DNA of 64,000 bases from assembly GCA_963668695.2 (NCBI GenBank), contig CAXXLQ010000004.1, forward strand, positions 288,001 to 352,000. The letters are read 5' to 3'. Below, in pieces: positions 50,596 through 62,139 of the stretch. The translations under genes and the position numbers were made by a program. The DNA comes from Vicinamibacteria bacterium (GTDB lineage: Bacteria > Acidobacteriota > Vicinamibacteria > Marinacidobacterales > Marinacidobacteraceae). Each line of letters starts with the position of its first letter. Within the stretch, counting starts at the first letter, position 1. A model generated the notes under the pieces. That model was not told the DNA's origin and did not search any database. It saw only the letters and a list, made by a program, of their open reading frames with translations.

Positions 50596-51276
50596 CTATT
50601 CGAAGAGGGTCAGCGGTCCGAAGCCCAAGACCTGTCCCACCCGTCGACGGACCGCCTGTTCGTAAGTCTCCCGCCAGGTGGATTCCGGCATGCGTCTCCG
50701 ATACGGCTCGAGTTTGTTGCGCACCGCGCTCTCGATCTCCCCGAGGGTGGCGTCCGGAAGCGCCGCCTGCAGCCGGATCAGAAGAGCGTCTTGAATCCCG
50801 TCGAGCGCTCGCTCGGCTCCGGCCGAAGCGCCCTCGTCCCTCCCGAGACGATCGAGTTCCGCCGCGGCTTCGCAAGCCGCGGCGACCAGTTCGGCGGCGG
50901 TCTTCTCATCCGGGAGGGCCCCTGGCGCGGGAGACCATTTCCGAAGCTGATCCGCGAGTTGCGCGAGGCGATGCCGGACCTCGGTGTTGTCCTCCCGGGA
51001 GCGGCTGCCAGCGCCGGAGCGCTGCATGCGCAGCGCGTCAAACCCGGCCTCTACGGCCGCGGAGCACTCCCCGAGCGACATCCGGGAAGGCGCGCGAGTC
51101 CACCCCGAAAACGCGGTGCGGATCCCCAAGAGCACGACATCCAGGGGAATCCCCCGCTCTTCCCAGCCGCGCACGACATCCCAATCGGCCGGGGCGATGA
51201 ACATCCCGCCTCCTTTATGGTCGAGGAAAGTTCGTTCGACGGCCCGAAAGTAGTCGGGAGAGGCCCGCGGGGTCAC
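50596..51276 (-). CDS. Conserved hypothetical helical protein
   Basis: YF..VE..F....G......ADW.VV..WEERGIPL.VVL.GI motif. Lies in the operon between birA and comEC. Confidence 0.75.
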   Translation of the reverse strand: MTPRASPDYFRAVERTFLDHKGGGMFIAPADWDVVRGWEERGIPLDVVLLGIRTAFSGWTRAPSRMSLGECSAAVEAGFDALRMQRSGAGSRSREDNTEVRHRLAQLADQLRKWSPAPGALPDEKTAAELVAAACEAAAELDRLGRDEGASAGAERALDGIQDALLIRLQAALPDATLGEIESAVRNKLEPYRRRMPESTWRETYEQAVRRRVGQVLGFGPLTLFE

Positions 51277-51277
51277 T

Positions 51278-52222
51278 TCAGCAGCCGGACGTGGGAAGTT
51301 GGGATTCGCGGCACGAACCGCCTGAGGGGCCATGGAGGATCCGGAGCGCTTCGCTCGCGGTTACCACCCGGACAGCCCCGCCGTCGGTCCTGACCCGCAG
51401 ACCTCCTTCCGGGGCCAGCCCGTCTGTCTCCCCCAGCACGCCTCGGGGACCACCGAGCCGAACCTCACAGCGGCACCCCCTCGCGGTCGGGCTGAGCGAC
51501 TCCCAGGCCGCCCGGAGCGACCCCGGATCCTCCTCGAGCACGTTGATGCTGTGTCGCAATGAGGTCACCAGAGCGTGGGCCAGCTCCACCTTATCCACAC
51601 CTTCGGGAAGCCAACCCGGAGGTCGGGCTGCGGACCGGGGGGCCGGGCGCGCGACTTTCCGGTCCCCGGACTCGGAAAGCGAGACCGGAGTCAGATTGAC
51701 CCCGAAACCGATGACCGCAAGGTGCGGGCAGTCCCGCCGGAAGCCGACCTCGGCGAGGACCCCGGCGACCTTCCTGTCCTTCCAATCCAGATCATTCGGC
51801 CACCGAAGCGCGGCGGAGACTCCCGCAACCCGCCGCACCGCCTGCGCCAGCGCGACTCCGGCCGCGAGCGGCAGCAAGGTCAGCGGGTACGCCGGATCCC
51901 CGCCCGAAAGAACGGGGGGCTCGACGAGTACGCTCAGATAGAGCCCGCCGGGTGGCGACACCCAGGTTCGGCCAAAACGTCCCTTCCCGTGGGTCTGCGA
52001 TTCGGCGATCAGCACGCTCCCGGCACAGCGAACCGCTCCGGCGTCGAGGGCCACCGCCTTTGCGAGCTCGTTCGTGGACGAAGCGCGCCGCCAGATGCCC
52101 AAAAACGGCGCCGGCCGCCTTCCCGTGGCGTCAAGGATGGCTTCCCGCCACCGTTTGGGTGTGACTTCTGAAGGAAAGGACGCGGCGGTCGGTTTCGACA
52201 CTGCGGAAGCGGGCTCGGTCAC
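51278..52222 (-). CDS. birA: Biotin--[acetyl-CoA-carboxylase] ligase
   Basis: SSTN, AESQTHGKGRFGRTW.SP.GGLY, RWPND, RKVAGVL. Confidence 0.9.
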   Translation of the reverse strand: MTEPASAVSKPTAASFPSEVTPKRWREAILDATGRRPAPFLGIWRRASSTNELAKAVALDAGAVRCAGSVLIAESQTHGKGRFGRTWVSPPGGLYLSVLVEPPVLSGGDPAYPLTLLPLAAGVALAQAVRRVAGVSAALRWPNDLDWKDRKVAGVLAEVGFRRDCPHLAVIGFGVNLTPVSLSESGDRKVARPAPRSAARPPGWLPEGVDKVELAHALVTSLRHSINVLEEDPGSLRAAWESLSPTARGCRCEVRLGGPRGVLGETDGLAPEGGLRVRTDGGAVRVVTASEALRILHGPSGGSCRESQLPTSGC

Positions 52223-52241
52223 TCCGGTGGGCAACGGGCCG

Positions 52242-52712
52242 TCAGGAATCGGAGCCCGGCACGGCCCGACGGAGGCGAAGCTCGGCGAGCCGCAAACCGA
52301 GGGCCCGGGCCGCCTCGGAAGTCGGGGTATCGGGTCCGAACACCTCCGCGACTCCGATCTCGCGGAGATATGCCACGTCGCGATCCGGAATGAGGCCGCC
52401 GACGAAGACCGGTACGTCCGCGAGTCCGTGCTGCGCGAGTCCCTCGAGGATCCGACGGACCAGCGGGCGATGAGCACCCGAGAGAATGGAGACACCGACC
52501 GCCTCCACATCTTCCTGAAGCGCGGCTTCGACAATTTCTTCGGGTGTTCTCCGCAGCCCGGTGTAGATGACCTCAAAGCCCGCGTCGCGGAGCGCCCTCG
52601 CGACCACCAGCGCACCCCGGTCGTGCCCGTCGAGGCCTGGTTTCGCCACCAGAATCCGGTACGGCGGGTTGGCCGCCGTACCACCGGTGGAACGCCCCGA
52701 GACGCCGCTCAC
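52242..52712 (-). CDS. Cobalamin-binding domain (acyl-CoA mutase small subunit)
   Basis: [27 protein letters not shown]. Confidence 0.93.
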   Translation of the reverse strand: MSGVSGRSTGGTAANPPYRILVAKPGLDGHDRGALVVARALRDAGFEVIYTGLRRTPEEIVEAALQEDVEAVGVSILSGAHRPLVRRILEGLAQHGLADVPVFVGGLIPDRDVAYLREIGVAEVFGPDTPTSEAARALGLRLAELRLRRAVPGSDS

Positions 52713-55700
52713 ATCGCCCGGCGGTAGCGACCGCCGACCTCGTAAAGCGCTTGTGTGATCTGACCCAGGCTCGTGACCTGTACGGTCTCCATCAGTTCAG
52801 CGAAGACATCGCCGCCGGTACGCGCCACTTCCTGGAGCCTCCGGAGCGCTTCCGGCGCCGCCGCCCGGTGGCGTCGCCGAAACGCCTCCACCCGCGCCAC
52901 CTGGTCCTCTTTCTCCTCCGGTGCGGAGCGCGCGAGCGGAACCTGTTCGGGAGACCCGGAATCCGGCTCCGCCAGGAAGGTGTTCACTCCGATGATCGGA
53001 ATCTCGCCGGAGTCTTTCCGGGTCTCGTACAAGAGCGACTCTTCCTGGATCCGGTTTCGCTGGTACTGGCGCTCCATCGCCGCCAGCACTCCGCCACGGG
53101 CATTGAGACGATCGAATTCCGCGAGTACCGCTTCCTCCACGAGATCCGTGAGCTGAGCGACGACGAACGAACCCGACAAGGGATTCTCGTTCCAGGCCAT
53201 ACCGAACTCGTTGCGGATGATTTTCTGGATGGCCACCGCCCGCCGCACCGATTCCGGAGTGGGAGTGGTGATGGCCTCGTCGTAGGCGTTGGTATGGAGC
53301 GAGTTGCAGTTGTCATTCGTCGCGACGAGCGCCTGAAGCGTCGTCCGGATGTCGTTGAACTGCACCTCCTGGGCGTGGAGCGAACGGCCCGAAGTCTGGA
53401 TGTGGACCTTGAATTTCTGGCTCCGCTCTCCGGCGCGGTAGCGGAGCTTCATGGCGCGCGCCCAGATCCGCCGGGCCACGCGGGCCATGACGGCGTACTC
53501 GGCATCGAGACCGTTGCTGAAGAAGAAGGAAAGGTTCGGCGCGAAGGCGTCGATCGGCAGACCCCGGGCGAGGTAGTACTCGACGTAGGTGAAGCCGTTG
53601 GCCAGGGTGAAGGCGAGCTGCGTGATGGGATTCGCCCCCGCCTCGGCGATGTGGTACCCGGAAATGGAAACCGAATAGAAGTTGCGGACCTCGTTCCGGA
53701 TGAAGAACTCCTGGACGTCGCCCATCAGCCGAAGCGCGAAGCCGGTGGAAAAGATGCAGGTGTTCTGAGCCTGGTCCTCCTTGAGGATGTCGGCCTGCAC
53801 CGTCCCGCGCACCGTCTTCAGGGTCGCGGCTTTCAGTTCTGCGGACTCGTCCGCGGAAGGCGGGCGTTCGTGCTCGTCCTCGAAGGCCTGAAGCTCCTGC
53901 CGTACCGCGGCGTTCAGGAACATTGCGAGGATCAGCGGAGCCGGACCGTTGATGGTCATGGAAACGCTGGTCGCCGGATCGGTGAGGCGGAACCCCCGGA
54001 ACAGTTCGCACATGTCGTCGAGGGTGGCGATGGACACGCCCCCTTCGCCGATTTTTCCGAAGATGTCCGGCCGCCGGGCAGGATCGTCTCCGTAGAGGGT
54101 CACGCTGTCGAAGGCGACCGAGAGCCGCTTCGCCGCTTCGGAATCGGCCAGCAGGTGGAACCTCCGGTTGGTGCGCGCCGGGCCGCCTTCCCCGGCGAAT
54201 TGACGCCGCGGACTCTCTTCCTCTCTTCGGAACGGGAAGACTCCGGCGGTGAACGGGTAGTGGCCCGGCAGGTTCTCTTCGAGAAGGAAGCGCAACCTGT
54301 CCCGATTGCCCGTAAAGCCCGGAAGAGCGACCCGCGGAAGCCGGGTTCCGGAGAGAGTTTCCCGGTGGGTACTGAACTCGCGCACCCGGTCCCGAACCTG
54401 AGTTCGGTAGCGGGGCGCCCGATAGCGAGCCGCCAGATCGGACCACCCGGCCAGCAGCTCCCGGCTCTCGGGGTCGAGTTCGGCGCGGACCTCCCGCAGG
54501 CGTGCCTCCAAAGCCGGCACGGGCTGCTCGGCGCCGCCGCCGGCGCGCAGTTCATCGAGTGCCGCCTCGAGGTGCTCGATTCTCGCAGCCCGATCCGCCT
54601 CGGCGGCAACCCGGTCCCTCTCGCCTCGCAGCGTATCGGCAATCTCGGCCAGGTAGCCGGCCCGCGCCGGAGGGATGAGGCGCACGTCGGCGAGCAGATC
54701 GTCGGGACGATCACTGACGTGAGACGGCAGCGCCGTATCCCTTCCGGCCAGTCCCTCCCGGACGACGGCGTAGAGCCGGTCGAGACCCGGGTCCGCAAAC
54801 CGGCTCGCCACCGTCGCCAGAACGGGCGCCGGGGCGTGGCGTGGAAGTGAGCGAGCCCGCTGGAAGGCGCGCCGCACCGCGAAGAGCGCATCCTCGGCGC
54901 CCGGATGATCGGCCTTGTTCAGCGCCACCGCGTCCGCCAGGTCCAGCATGTCGATCTTTTCGAGCTGACTCTCGGCGCCGTAGTCGGAGGTCATCACGTA
55001 GAGGGAGAAATCGCTGATATCCACGATTCGCGAATCGCCCTGCCCGATTCCCCCGGTTTCCACGACCAGCAGACCGCAGCCCGCCGCCCGCAGAATCAGC
55101 AGCGCGTCGTCCACGACGGTGGCGAGTTCCGTCCCCGAGTGGCGGGTGGCCAGACTCCGGACGAACACCTCCGTACCCCCGATCGCGTTGAGCCGAATGC
55201 GGTCTCCCAGTAATGCACCGCCGGTTCGCCGCTTCGAAGGGTCGACCGCGAGCACGCCGATCCGGCTCACCGACCCCGATCCCAGATCCGGTCGTTCAGT
55301 CCGGAATCTGACGAGTAATTCGTCGAGGACCGAACTCTTTCCCGCGCCTCCCGTACCGGTGATCCCCAGTACGGGAGCGGACGACCGAATGTGCCCCGGG
55401 AGCGCGGCTCGGTCGGCGGCGTCAAGCCCCTCACTCTCCGCCAAACTGATCAGCCGGGCAGCCGCGCCGTTCCGGCGAAGCGGATCCTCACCCGCGAGAT
55501 CCTCGCTGAGCGAAGCGAAGGAGGCCCGCGGACGGGCGGCACGGGCCTCGCCGGCGTCTCCCAACATGTCGGCCACGATGCCTTCGATGCCGTCCACCCG
55601 ATCGTCCCCAGGCGAGTAGATCCGCGCCACCCCGTACGCCTCGAGGGCAGCCGCTTCTTCGGGGCGGATCACTCCTCCGCCGCCACCGAAGACCCGGATG

Positions 55701-56023
55701 TTGCCTCGTCCCGCCTCCCGCAACAGATCAACCAGATAGCGGAAGAACTCGTTGTGCCCCCCCTGGTAGGAGGACACGGCGATGGCGTCCGCGTCCTCCT
55801 CGAGCGCCGCGGCGGCTATCTCCCCGGCGGCTCGGTTGTGCCCAAGATGAACGACCTCGGCGCCACCCCGCTGCAACAACCGTCGGAATACATGGATCGA
55901 GGCATCGTGACCGTCAAACAGCGCGGTCCCCGTGATGAAGCGGAGCGGAAGCTCGGCGAGCGGATCGAAAGGGGCCCGGGAGGCCGGAGATCCGGCCGGG
56001 GACAGGGTGACGGACGTGCTCAA
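52709..56023 (-). CDS. icmF: Fused isobutyryl-CoA mutase / MeaI GTPase
   Basis: B12 domain FDGHDASI, GTPase GTGGAGKSS / ETGGIGQ / NKAD, mutase [13 protein letters not shown] and [10 protein letters not shown]. Confidence 0.94.
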   Translation of the reverse strand: MSTSVTLSPAGSPASRAPFDPLAELPLRFITGTALFDGHDASIHVFRRLLQRGGAEVVHLGHNRAAGEIAAAALEEDADAIAVSSYQGGHNEFFRYLVDLLREAGRGNIRVFGGGGGVIRPEEAAALEAYGVARIYSPGDDRVDGIEGIVADMLGDAGEARAARPRASFASLSEDLAGEDPLRRNGAAARLISLAESEGLDAADRAALPGHIRSSAPVLGITGTGGAGKSSVLDELLVRFRTERPDLGSGSVSRIGVLAVDPSKRRTGGALLGDRIRLNAIGGTEVFVRSLATRHSGTELATVVDDALLILRAAGCGLLVVETGGIGQGDSRIVDISDFSLYVMTSDYGAESQLEKIDMLDLADAVALNKADHPGAEDALFAVRRAFQRARSLPRHAPAPVLATVASRFADPGLDRLYAVVREGLAGRDTALPSHVSDRPDDLLADVRLIPPARAGYLAEIADTLRGERDRVAAEADRAARIEHLEAALDELRAGGGAEQPVPALEARLREVRAELDPESRELLAGWSDLAARYRAPRYRTQVRDRVREFSTHRETLSGTRLPRVALPGFTGNRDRLRFLLEENLPGHYPFTAGVFPFRREEESPRRQFAGEGGPARTNRRFHLLADSEAAKRLSVAFDSVTLYGDDPARRPDIFGKIGEGGVSIATLDDMCELFRGFRLTDPATSVSMTINGPAPLILAMFLNAAVRQELQAFEDEHERPPSADESAELKAATLKTVRGTVQADILKEDQAQNTCIFSTGFALRLMGDVQEFFIRNEVRNFYSVSISGYHIAEAGANPITQLAFTLANGFTYVEYYLARGLPIDAFAPNLSFFFSNGLDAEYAVMARVARRIWARAMKLRYRAGERSQKFKVHIQTSGRSLHAQEVQFNDIRTTLQALVATNDNCNSLHTNAYDEAITTPTPESVRRAVAIQKIIRNEFGMAWNENPLSGSFVVAQLTDLVEEAVLAEFDRLNARGGVLAAMERQYQRNRIQEESLLYETRKDSGEIPIIGVNTFLAEPDSGSPEQVPLARSAPEEKEDQVARVEAFRRRHRAAAPEALRRLQEVARTGGDVFAELMETVQVTSLGQITQALYEVGGRYRRAM

Positions 56024-56028
56024 CTCAA

Positions 56029-56279
56029 CAGCCCGTGGATGGAGTGATGTGAGGGCCGAGACCGGGGAGGCCCAGTTCTCCCGGTGGGGCCAGTCCTCCC
56101 GGTGGGGGCCCGGCTGACAGGGCGCGCGAAGGAGGAATACCCAGCGTATTTCGACTGAAGCGCAACGATGAGCGACGCGAAGCGCCAGTTCTCCCGGTGG
56201 GGGGGCGGTTCAGCCGGGATGCATCGCCGGCCGAGCCCCCACCGGGAGAACCGGGCCACTTGACTTCATTCACGGGCTG
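56029..56279. mobile_element. Family A MITE with four 19-bp motifs (two in tandem)
   Basis: CAGCCCGTG...CACGGGCTG ends. Confidence 0.85.
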
Positions 56280-56406
56280 TTCAGTTTCCAATAGCACTGC
56301 CGCGCCGCGATGACGGCTGGAAACGGCGCTTACCGGACCGTAGCACTCCAGCCGAGGCCGCGGCCTTCTCCCACCGGCCCGGAGGCCACGAACCGCAGCG
56401 GGCTAG

Positions 56407-56657
56407 CAGCCTGTGGTGAAACCCACGTGAGCGCCGAGGTCGGTGAGGCCCAGTTCTCCCGGTGGGGCCAGTCCTCCCGGTGGGGGCCCGGCCGACAAGG
56501 CGCGTGAGGGAGGAGCCCCCACCGGGAGAACTGGCCCGGGTGTATTTCGACCGAAACGCAACGAAGAACGGAGCGAAGCGGAGTGGTTCGGGCGGGATGG
56601 ATCGCCGGCCGAGCCCCCACCGGGAGAACTGGGCCGCGTGGGTTTTGCCACGGGCTG
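56407..56657. mobile_element. Family A MITE with four 19-bp motifs
   Basis: CTAG duplication at 56403-56406 and 56658-56661. The latter contains the IHF/HU stop codon. Confidence 0.9.
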
Positions 56658-56978
56658 CTAGGTCGCCCCCAACGGCTCTTCGCTCGGCTCCCGATTGAGG
56701 CGGTCGCGGAGAGCCTTTCCGGCTCGAAAGAACGGCACCCGTTTCGGAGGCACCGTAATCTGTTCACCCGTTCGCGGATTGCGCGTGAGGCGCGCCTTTC
56801 GGCTTCGTAAACGGAAACTGCCGAATCCGCGAATCTCCACCTCGTCTCCGGAACGAAGAGCCCCGGCGATCGCGCCGAAAACCGCCTCCACGATGAGGTC
56901 AGCTTCGCGACGCGTAATCCCCGTGGCCTCCGACACCTCCGCAGCCAGGCGGGCGCGGGTGATCGCTGTGTCGTTCAC
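56658..56978 (-). CDS. ihfB: IHF/HU family DNA-binding protein
   Basis: EIRGFGSF, RNPRTGE, VPFFRAGK. Directly downstream of rpsA with a GTGA overlap. Confidence 0.88.
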   Translation of the reverse strand: MNDTAITRARLAAEVSEATGITRREADLIVEAVFGAIAGALRSGDEVEIRGFGSFRLRSRKARLTRNPRTGEQITVPPKRVPFFRAGKALRDRLNREPSEEPLGAT

Positions 56979-58837
56979 CTCTTCCAAACGTCTCCGATCT
57001 TGACGGACACCTCACCACCCGATTCGCCGTGTCCGGAATCGCCGTGTCCGGAATATCCCTCCTCGGCAGCCCTGAGCGAGAGTCCCACTTTACGATCATC
57101 ACGGCTGAGCCGCACGATCCGCAACTTGAGCGGCTGCCCCAGGTGCAGCCGTTCCTCCGCCTTGGATGGCGGTGGCTCGTCAATGTCGTTCAGGCGCAAC
57201 AGGCCTTCGATCCCTTCCTCGATCTGGACGAAGGCTCCGAAATCCGCGAAGCGGATCACGGTCCCGTCCACCAGATCGCCTTCCTGATGCCGGGTGAAGA
57301 AGCCCTCCCAGGCATCATCCGAAAGCTGCTTGAGTCCGAGCGACAGGCGGCGGTTCTCGGGATCGATGCTCAGCACCACGGTCTCCACCTCGTCGCCGAC
57401 GTTGAGGACTTCGGAAGGATGGTTCACCCGCTTGTTCCAACTGAGGTCGGAAATGTGTATCAGGCCATCAATTGAGCTGTCCACTTCGACGAAGGCGCCG
57501 AAGTCAGTGAACTTTCGTACCGTCCCGGTGAGCCGCGAACCGATGGGGTACTGCTCGGCAAGCCGCGGCCACGGATTCGGTTCCACCTGCTTGAGACCGA
57601 GGCTGATCCGCCGGGACTTGAAGTCGACCCGGAGCACCATGGCTTCGACGAAGTCGCCCTTGGCAAGCAGCTTGGAAGGATGTTTGGTCCGGCTACTCCA
57701 GCTCATCTCGCTCACATGGATGAGTCCCTCAACTCCGGGCTCCATCTCGATGAAAGCGCCGTAGTCGGTGATGCTGACTACCTTCCCACGGACCCGGGTT
57801 CCCACCGCATAGCGCTCGTGGGCGGTCGTCCAGGGATCCACGTTGAGCTGCTTGTAGCCGAGGGAGACCCGCTCCGCCTCCGCATCGAACCGGAGGATGA
57901 CCACCTCGATCTGGTCACCCACCTTCATGAGCTCCGAAGGATGCTCAAGCCGGCGGAAGGACATCTCCCGAATGTGGAGAAGGCCGCAAATGCCACCGAT
58001 GTCCACAAACGCTCCGTACTCGGTGAGATCGCGCACTTCGCCCCGGAACACCCGCCCGACTTCGAGCGCCGCGAGGGTCTTCGTCTTTTCCTCTTCGAGA
58101 ACCACCCGGCGCGAGAGCACGATGTTGCCGCGACGCTTGTTCAGCTTGATGACGCGCAGTTCGAGTTCGCGACCCTTGTAGCTGCCGAGGTTCCGTACGG
58201 GACGCAGATCCACCTGCGAACCGGGGAGAAAGCCGCGCACCCCGATTTCCCCGATATCGACCTCCAGTCCGCCCCGGATCCGGTCAACGACCCGCCCCCG
58301 CACCGGCGTCTGCTTCTCGAAGGCGTCCTCGATCTGGTTCCAGACCTTCATCTTCTCGGCTTTCCGATGGGAAAGCACGAGGTGGCCGCGACGGTTGTCG
58401 GCCCGCTGGACGAGGACATCGATCTCGTCCCCTTCGCGAATCCGGACATTTCCATCGACATCCCGGAATTCGTCAAGCGAGATGATGCCCTCCGACTTGT
58501 AGCCGACATCCACGATCACGTCCGAATCCGTCATGTGGAGGACCGTGCCCGTGACGATGTCTCCTTCCACCATGTGGGTTTCGTACTGGTCCAGGAAGGC
58601 CTCGAATTCGGCAGCCTCCTCCACTGACACCACCGATGGGGCGCCATCCTGAGCAGGGGCGGAGCCGTTTCCCGTCGAGTTCGCGGATTCCGCAACCTCG
58701 GCTACCGCTTCGGGGCCCGCAACCGCCTCTTCAGCCAGGGATTCCGTCGCGTCCCCGGCGATAGCCGCGGGAGTCTGCTCCCCGGCCAACTCACTACCGA
58801 CCGCCACGGCGGCCGCTCCCTCATCCGTTTCGGGCAT
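56975..58837 (-). CDS. rpsA: 30S ribosomal protein S1
   Basis: Six S1 repeats (VDVGYKSEG, YGAF.., GL.H..E.S.). ATG preceded by GAGAGAGGG. Confidence 0.96.
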   Translation of the reverse strand: MPETDEGAAAVAVGSELAGEQTPAAIAGDATESLAEEAVAGPEAVAEVAESANSTGNGSAPAQDGAPSVVSVEEAAEFEAFLDQYETHMVEGDIVTGTVLHMTDSDVIVDVGYKSEGIISLDEFRDVDGNVRIREGDEIDVLVQRADNRRGHLVLSHRKAEKMKVWNQIEDAFEKQTPVRGRVVDRIRGGLEVDIGEIGVRGFLPGSQVDLRPVRNLGSYKGRELELRVIKLNKRRGNIVLSRRVVLEEEKTKTLAALEVGRVFRGEVRDLTEYGAFVDIGGICGLLHIREMSFRRLEHPSELMKVGDQIEVVILRFDAEAERVSLGYKQLNVDPWTTAHERYAVGTRVRGKVVSITDYGAFIEMEPGVEGLIHVSEMSWSSRTKHPSKLLAKGDFVEAMVLRVDFKSRRISLGLKQVEPNPWPRLAEQYPIGSRLTGTVRKFTDFGAFVEVDSSIDGLIHISDLSWNKRVNHPSEVLNVGDEVETVVLSIDPENRRLSLGLKQLSDDAWEGFFTRHQEGDLVDGTVIRFADFGAFVQIEEGIEGLLRLNDIDEPPPSKAEERLHLGQPLKLRIVRLSRDDRKVGLSLRAAEEGYSGHGDSGHGESGGEVSVKIGDVWKR

Positions 58838-59267
58838 ACCCTCTCTCATTGAACAAAAAAACCTCTTGGTTAAGCGGGGGAGTTCGGGCGTACGGGGGAA
58901 CCCATCCGCGCCGAAGACCCCTCTTACCCCGCTCAGACACTCTCCATGAACCTTCAGGCCCGGCGGCGAACGCCGTAGTGACGCGGGGAGTCGCCCATAG
59001 TAGGCGCGCACACGACCGCTTGTCAACGGAGCGGGGCGAGGGGTAGTGTCTCGCTTTGAAAAGACACTACCGGGCGAGCGCGGGGGCGCACGGCACTCCG
59101 CCTCCGGTTTTCCGTCCGGAGGCCGACTTTCCCCGGGTGATAGAATTTTCCGGCTTACTTTGCGTCGCCCGCTCGCTTTTGGGAAAGAGCGGACTCCGCA
59201 GGACCGGCGCGTCCGGTCAAGGAACTCCGTCAGGGTTCATCCGTCAAAGAAGGTCACGCACTCGCAC

Positions 59268-61055
59268 ATGTCACAAGGTTTCGATTTCGCCATCGCCATT
59301 GGAGGTGCTGCCGGGCAGGGAATTGCCACGCCCGGCAACATCCTTGCCCGGATGTTCGTTCGCCGGGGGCTCCACCTGAACGCTTACAACGCGTATCAGT
59401 CCATCATCCGGGGTGGACACATTCTCCTGACCATGCGGGTTCGGGAACAGGAGGCGCTCTCGCACGGTGATCGGATCGACCTGCTCCTTTGCCTGAACCA
59501 GGACACCATGACGCGCCATCTGCGCCATCTGGGCCCCGGTGCCCACGCGGTGTACAACGCCGACACCATCACCCCCGGAGAGCACCAGGCCGGCGTTCAT
59601 CTCTGTGGCATGCCGGTGAGCGAGTTCACCGGGGACGCCAAGAACAAGCTGGCGCAGAACACTGCCGCGCTGGGCGTAATGGCCCATGTGCTCGGACTCG
59701 ATTTCGAGGTGCTCGAGGGCGCGCTCGTCCTTCAGTTCGCGAGAAAAGGCGAGGCGGTGGTTTCTTCGAACGTCGCCGTAGCCCGCGCCGGTTACGAGTA
59801 CGCGAGCGCCCACTTCACGGCGCTGGCGAACCCCCTGCCCAAGAACCCGGAGCCGCTCGCGGTGTGGACCGGGAACGACGCCCTGGCGATGGGAGGGGCG
59901 GCCGCGGGGGTCAAGTTCTATTGCGCCTATCCCATGAGCCCCGCGACCGGAGTGCTCCACTGGATGGCCAAGAACGCCCGCGAGCTCGGGATCATGGTGC
60001 GCCAGGTCGAGGACGAGATCGGAGTCGCCAACATGGCGATAGGCGCCGCCCATACCGGCGCCCGCACGATGTGCGCCACCTCGGGCGGCGGTTTCGCGCT
60101 CATGACCGAAGCCATCGGATCGGCGGCCATGATGGAGATCCCGGTGGTCTTCATCAACGTAATGCGCGCCGGGCCTTCGACCGGAGTTCCCACGAAGACC
60201 GAGCAGGGAGATCTCTGGCAGGCGCTGGGAGCCAGCCAGGGCGACTTCGAACGGATTGTGGTGGCGCCCCAGAGTGCTCACGATGCTTTCACCACGATCG
60301 GTGAGGTGTTCAACCTCATCGATCGCTACCAGTGTCCGGCCATCGTCCTCTCCGATCTGCTCATTTCCGAAGGAACCTTCAGCGTTCCGCCGGGCGACAT
60401 CGACATGTTCCCGCCCATCGATCGCGGGCAGCTGATCCGCGAGGCGAATGGTGCTGCGGGGCCCTACAACCGCTACCTGGATACCAGCGACGGTATCTCC
60501 CCGCGGGCCGTACCCGGGGTTCCGGGCCATGTCCATGTGGTCGCCACCGACGAACACGACGAGGAAGGCATCCTCATTTCGGACGAGTTCACGAACCCGA
60601 TCAAGCGCCGCCAGATGGTGGAGAAGCGGGCTCGGAAGATGGACGACTACCTCTCACGCGTTCCCGCCCCCGAACTCGAAGGGGAGAAGGACGCGGAGGT
60701 CACTCTGGTGGGCTGGGGTTCCACGGCCGGAGTCATCAGCGAAGCGATGGAACAGCTCCAAGCGGACGGAGTGAAGGTAAACCGGGTCGCCGTGAAGTGG
60801 ATTCTGCCTTTCCACGCCGAAGCCATCATCAAGGCGCTCTCCGGTGCTCGGAAGACGCTCATCATCGAAAACAACTACTCGGGACAGTTCCACCGGTTCC
60901 TGCGGAGTGAGACGGGTATTACCGCCGACGGACACATCCGCAAGTACGATGGCGAGCCGTTCATGCCGCATCACATCGCCGGCGGTGTCCGGGCGCATCT
61001 CGAAGACGCAGTCCCCGGCGGCGTGTTCGTGCCGGACCAGGAAATAATTGTCTAG
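59268..61055 (+). CDS. korA: 2-oxoacid:ferredoxin oxidoreductase alpha subunit (second copy)
   Basis: GGAAGQG, YPMSPA, QVEDEI, TSGGGFALM, RAGPSTGVPT. Confidence 0.94.
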   Translation: MSQGFDFAIAIGGAAGQGIATPGNILARMFVRRGLHLNAYNAYQSIIRGGHILLTMRVREQEALSHGDRIDLLLCLNQDTMTRHLRHLGPGAHAVYNADTITPGEHQAGVHLCGMPVSEFTGDAKNKLAQNTAALGVMAHVLGLDFEVLEGALVLQFARKGEAVVSSNVAVARAGYEYASAHFTALANPLPKNPEPLAVWTGNDALAMGGAAAGVKFYCAYPMSPATGVLHWMAKNARELGIMVRQVEDEIGVANMAIGAAHTGARTMCATSGGGFALMTEAIGSAAMMEIPVVFINVMRAGPSTGVPTKTEQGDLWQALGASQGDFERIVVAPQSAHDAFTTIGEVFNLIDRYQCPAIVLSDLLISEGTFSVPPGDIDMFPPIDRGQLIREANGAAGPYNRYLDTSDGISPRAVPGVPGHVHVVATDEHDEEGILISDEFTNPIKRRQMVEKRARKMDDYLSRVPAPELEGEKDAEVTLVGWGSTAGVISEAMEQLQADGVKVNRVAVKWILPFHAEAIIKALSGARKTLIIENNYSGQFHRFLRSETGITADGHIRKYDGEPFMPHHIAGGVRAHLEDAVPGGVFVPDQEIIV

Positions 61056-61122
61056 GAAATAGTTGTCTAGGAAATGATCGTTTAGCACCCCCACCCCGCC
61101 GGAGACACCAACAGGAGACCCA

Positions 61123-62019
61123 ATGACTATCGAACTCAGGGAAAAGCCACTGACCGCCAAAGACTTCAAGGGGAAGGTCGACCCGGACTGGTGTCCAGGC
61201 TGCGGCGACTTCGCTCTGTTGCGGGCCACCCAGGTGTCCGTGGCCGATCTGGGCCTTTCCCCGCACCAGATCGTGTGCGTGAGCGGGATCGGTTGTTCCT
61301 CGAACTTCCCCGGTTACTTCAACTCCTACGGTATGCACACCCTCCACGGGCGGTCGCTCGCGGTAGCCACCGGGGTGAAGATGGCCAACCAGACGCTCAC
61401 CGTCCTGGTCACCGGCGGCGATGGAGACGGCTATGGCATCGGCGGCAACCACTTCACCCACACGGCCCGCCGCAACGTGGATCTCACTTACCTGGTGATG
61501 AACAATCAGATCTACGGGCTCACCACCGGACAGATCTCCCCGAGCAGCAGCCTGGGAATGAAGACCAAGAGCACGCCGTTCGGGAACATCGAGCGACCGG
61601 TGAATCCGATCACCTCGGCCATCATGAACGGAGCCACCTATGTGGCGCGCGGGTTCTCCGGCAACATGAAGCAGCTGGTCCGGCTGATCAAGGGCGCCAT
61701 CGAGCATCGGGGATTCGCGGTGATTGATGTCTTCAGTCCGTGTGTCACCTTCAACCGCGACAACACCTACGACTTCTTCCGCCAGCGGATCTCACTGCTC
61801 GAGGATGAGAACCACGATCCCTCGGATTGGAAAACCGCGTGCGAACGGGCAATGGAGTGGGACGAGAAGATCTACACCGGGCTCTTCTATCAGGATCAGG
61901 CGGTCCCGCCGCTGCACGCGCTCGAGCCGATTCTGGACGGCGGGGCGCTGCCGGTTTCCCACGTTTCGGAAGCCATCACCCAAGAGCAGCGGGACCGCAT
62001 CGTCCAGCGGATGATGTAG
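61123..62019 (+). CDS. korB: 2-oxoacid:ferredoxin oxidoreductase beta subunit (second copy)
   Basis: WCPGCGDF, SGIGCSS, GGDGDG, NNQIYGLTTGQ, SPCVTFN. Confidence 0.95.
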   Translation: MTIELREKPLTAKDFKGKVDPDWCPGCGDFALLRATQVSVADLGLSPHQIVCVSGIGCSSNFPGYFNSYGMHTLHGRSLAVATGVKMANQTLTVLVTGGDGDGYGIGGNHFTHTARRNVDLTYLVMNNQIYGLTTGQISPSSSLGMKTKSTPFGNIERPVNPITSAIMNGATYVARGFSGNMKQLVRLIKGAIEHRGFAVIDVFSPCVTFNRDNTYDFFRQRISLLEDENHDPSDWKTACERAMEWDEKIYTGLFYQDQAVPPLHALEPILDGGALPVSHVSEAITQEQRDRIVQRMM

Positions 62020-62139
62020 GCGTGGCGTGCGGGGCCGGCGCGCCGCACCCACCGACCCGATGCCGCGGCCCAATACCGTACCCGCCGTAATCCGGACCGT
62101 TCCGGCGGCGCTCCCCCGGACCGGGCGACGCACTGACGA

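Noticed and set aside
61042-61076. Short tandem duplications (also 7210-7250, 35568-35608, 36250-36282, 50475-50515, 57021-57052)
   Set aside because: 14-18-bp local slippage duplications with no shared sequence or evident function.
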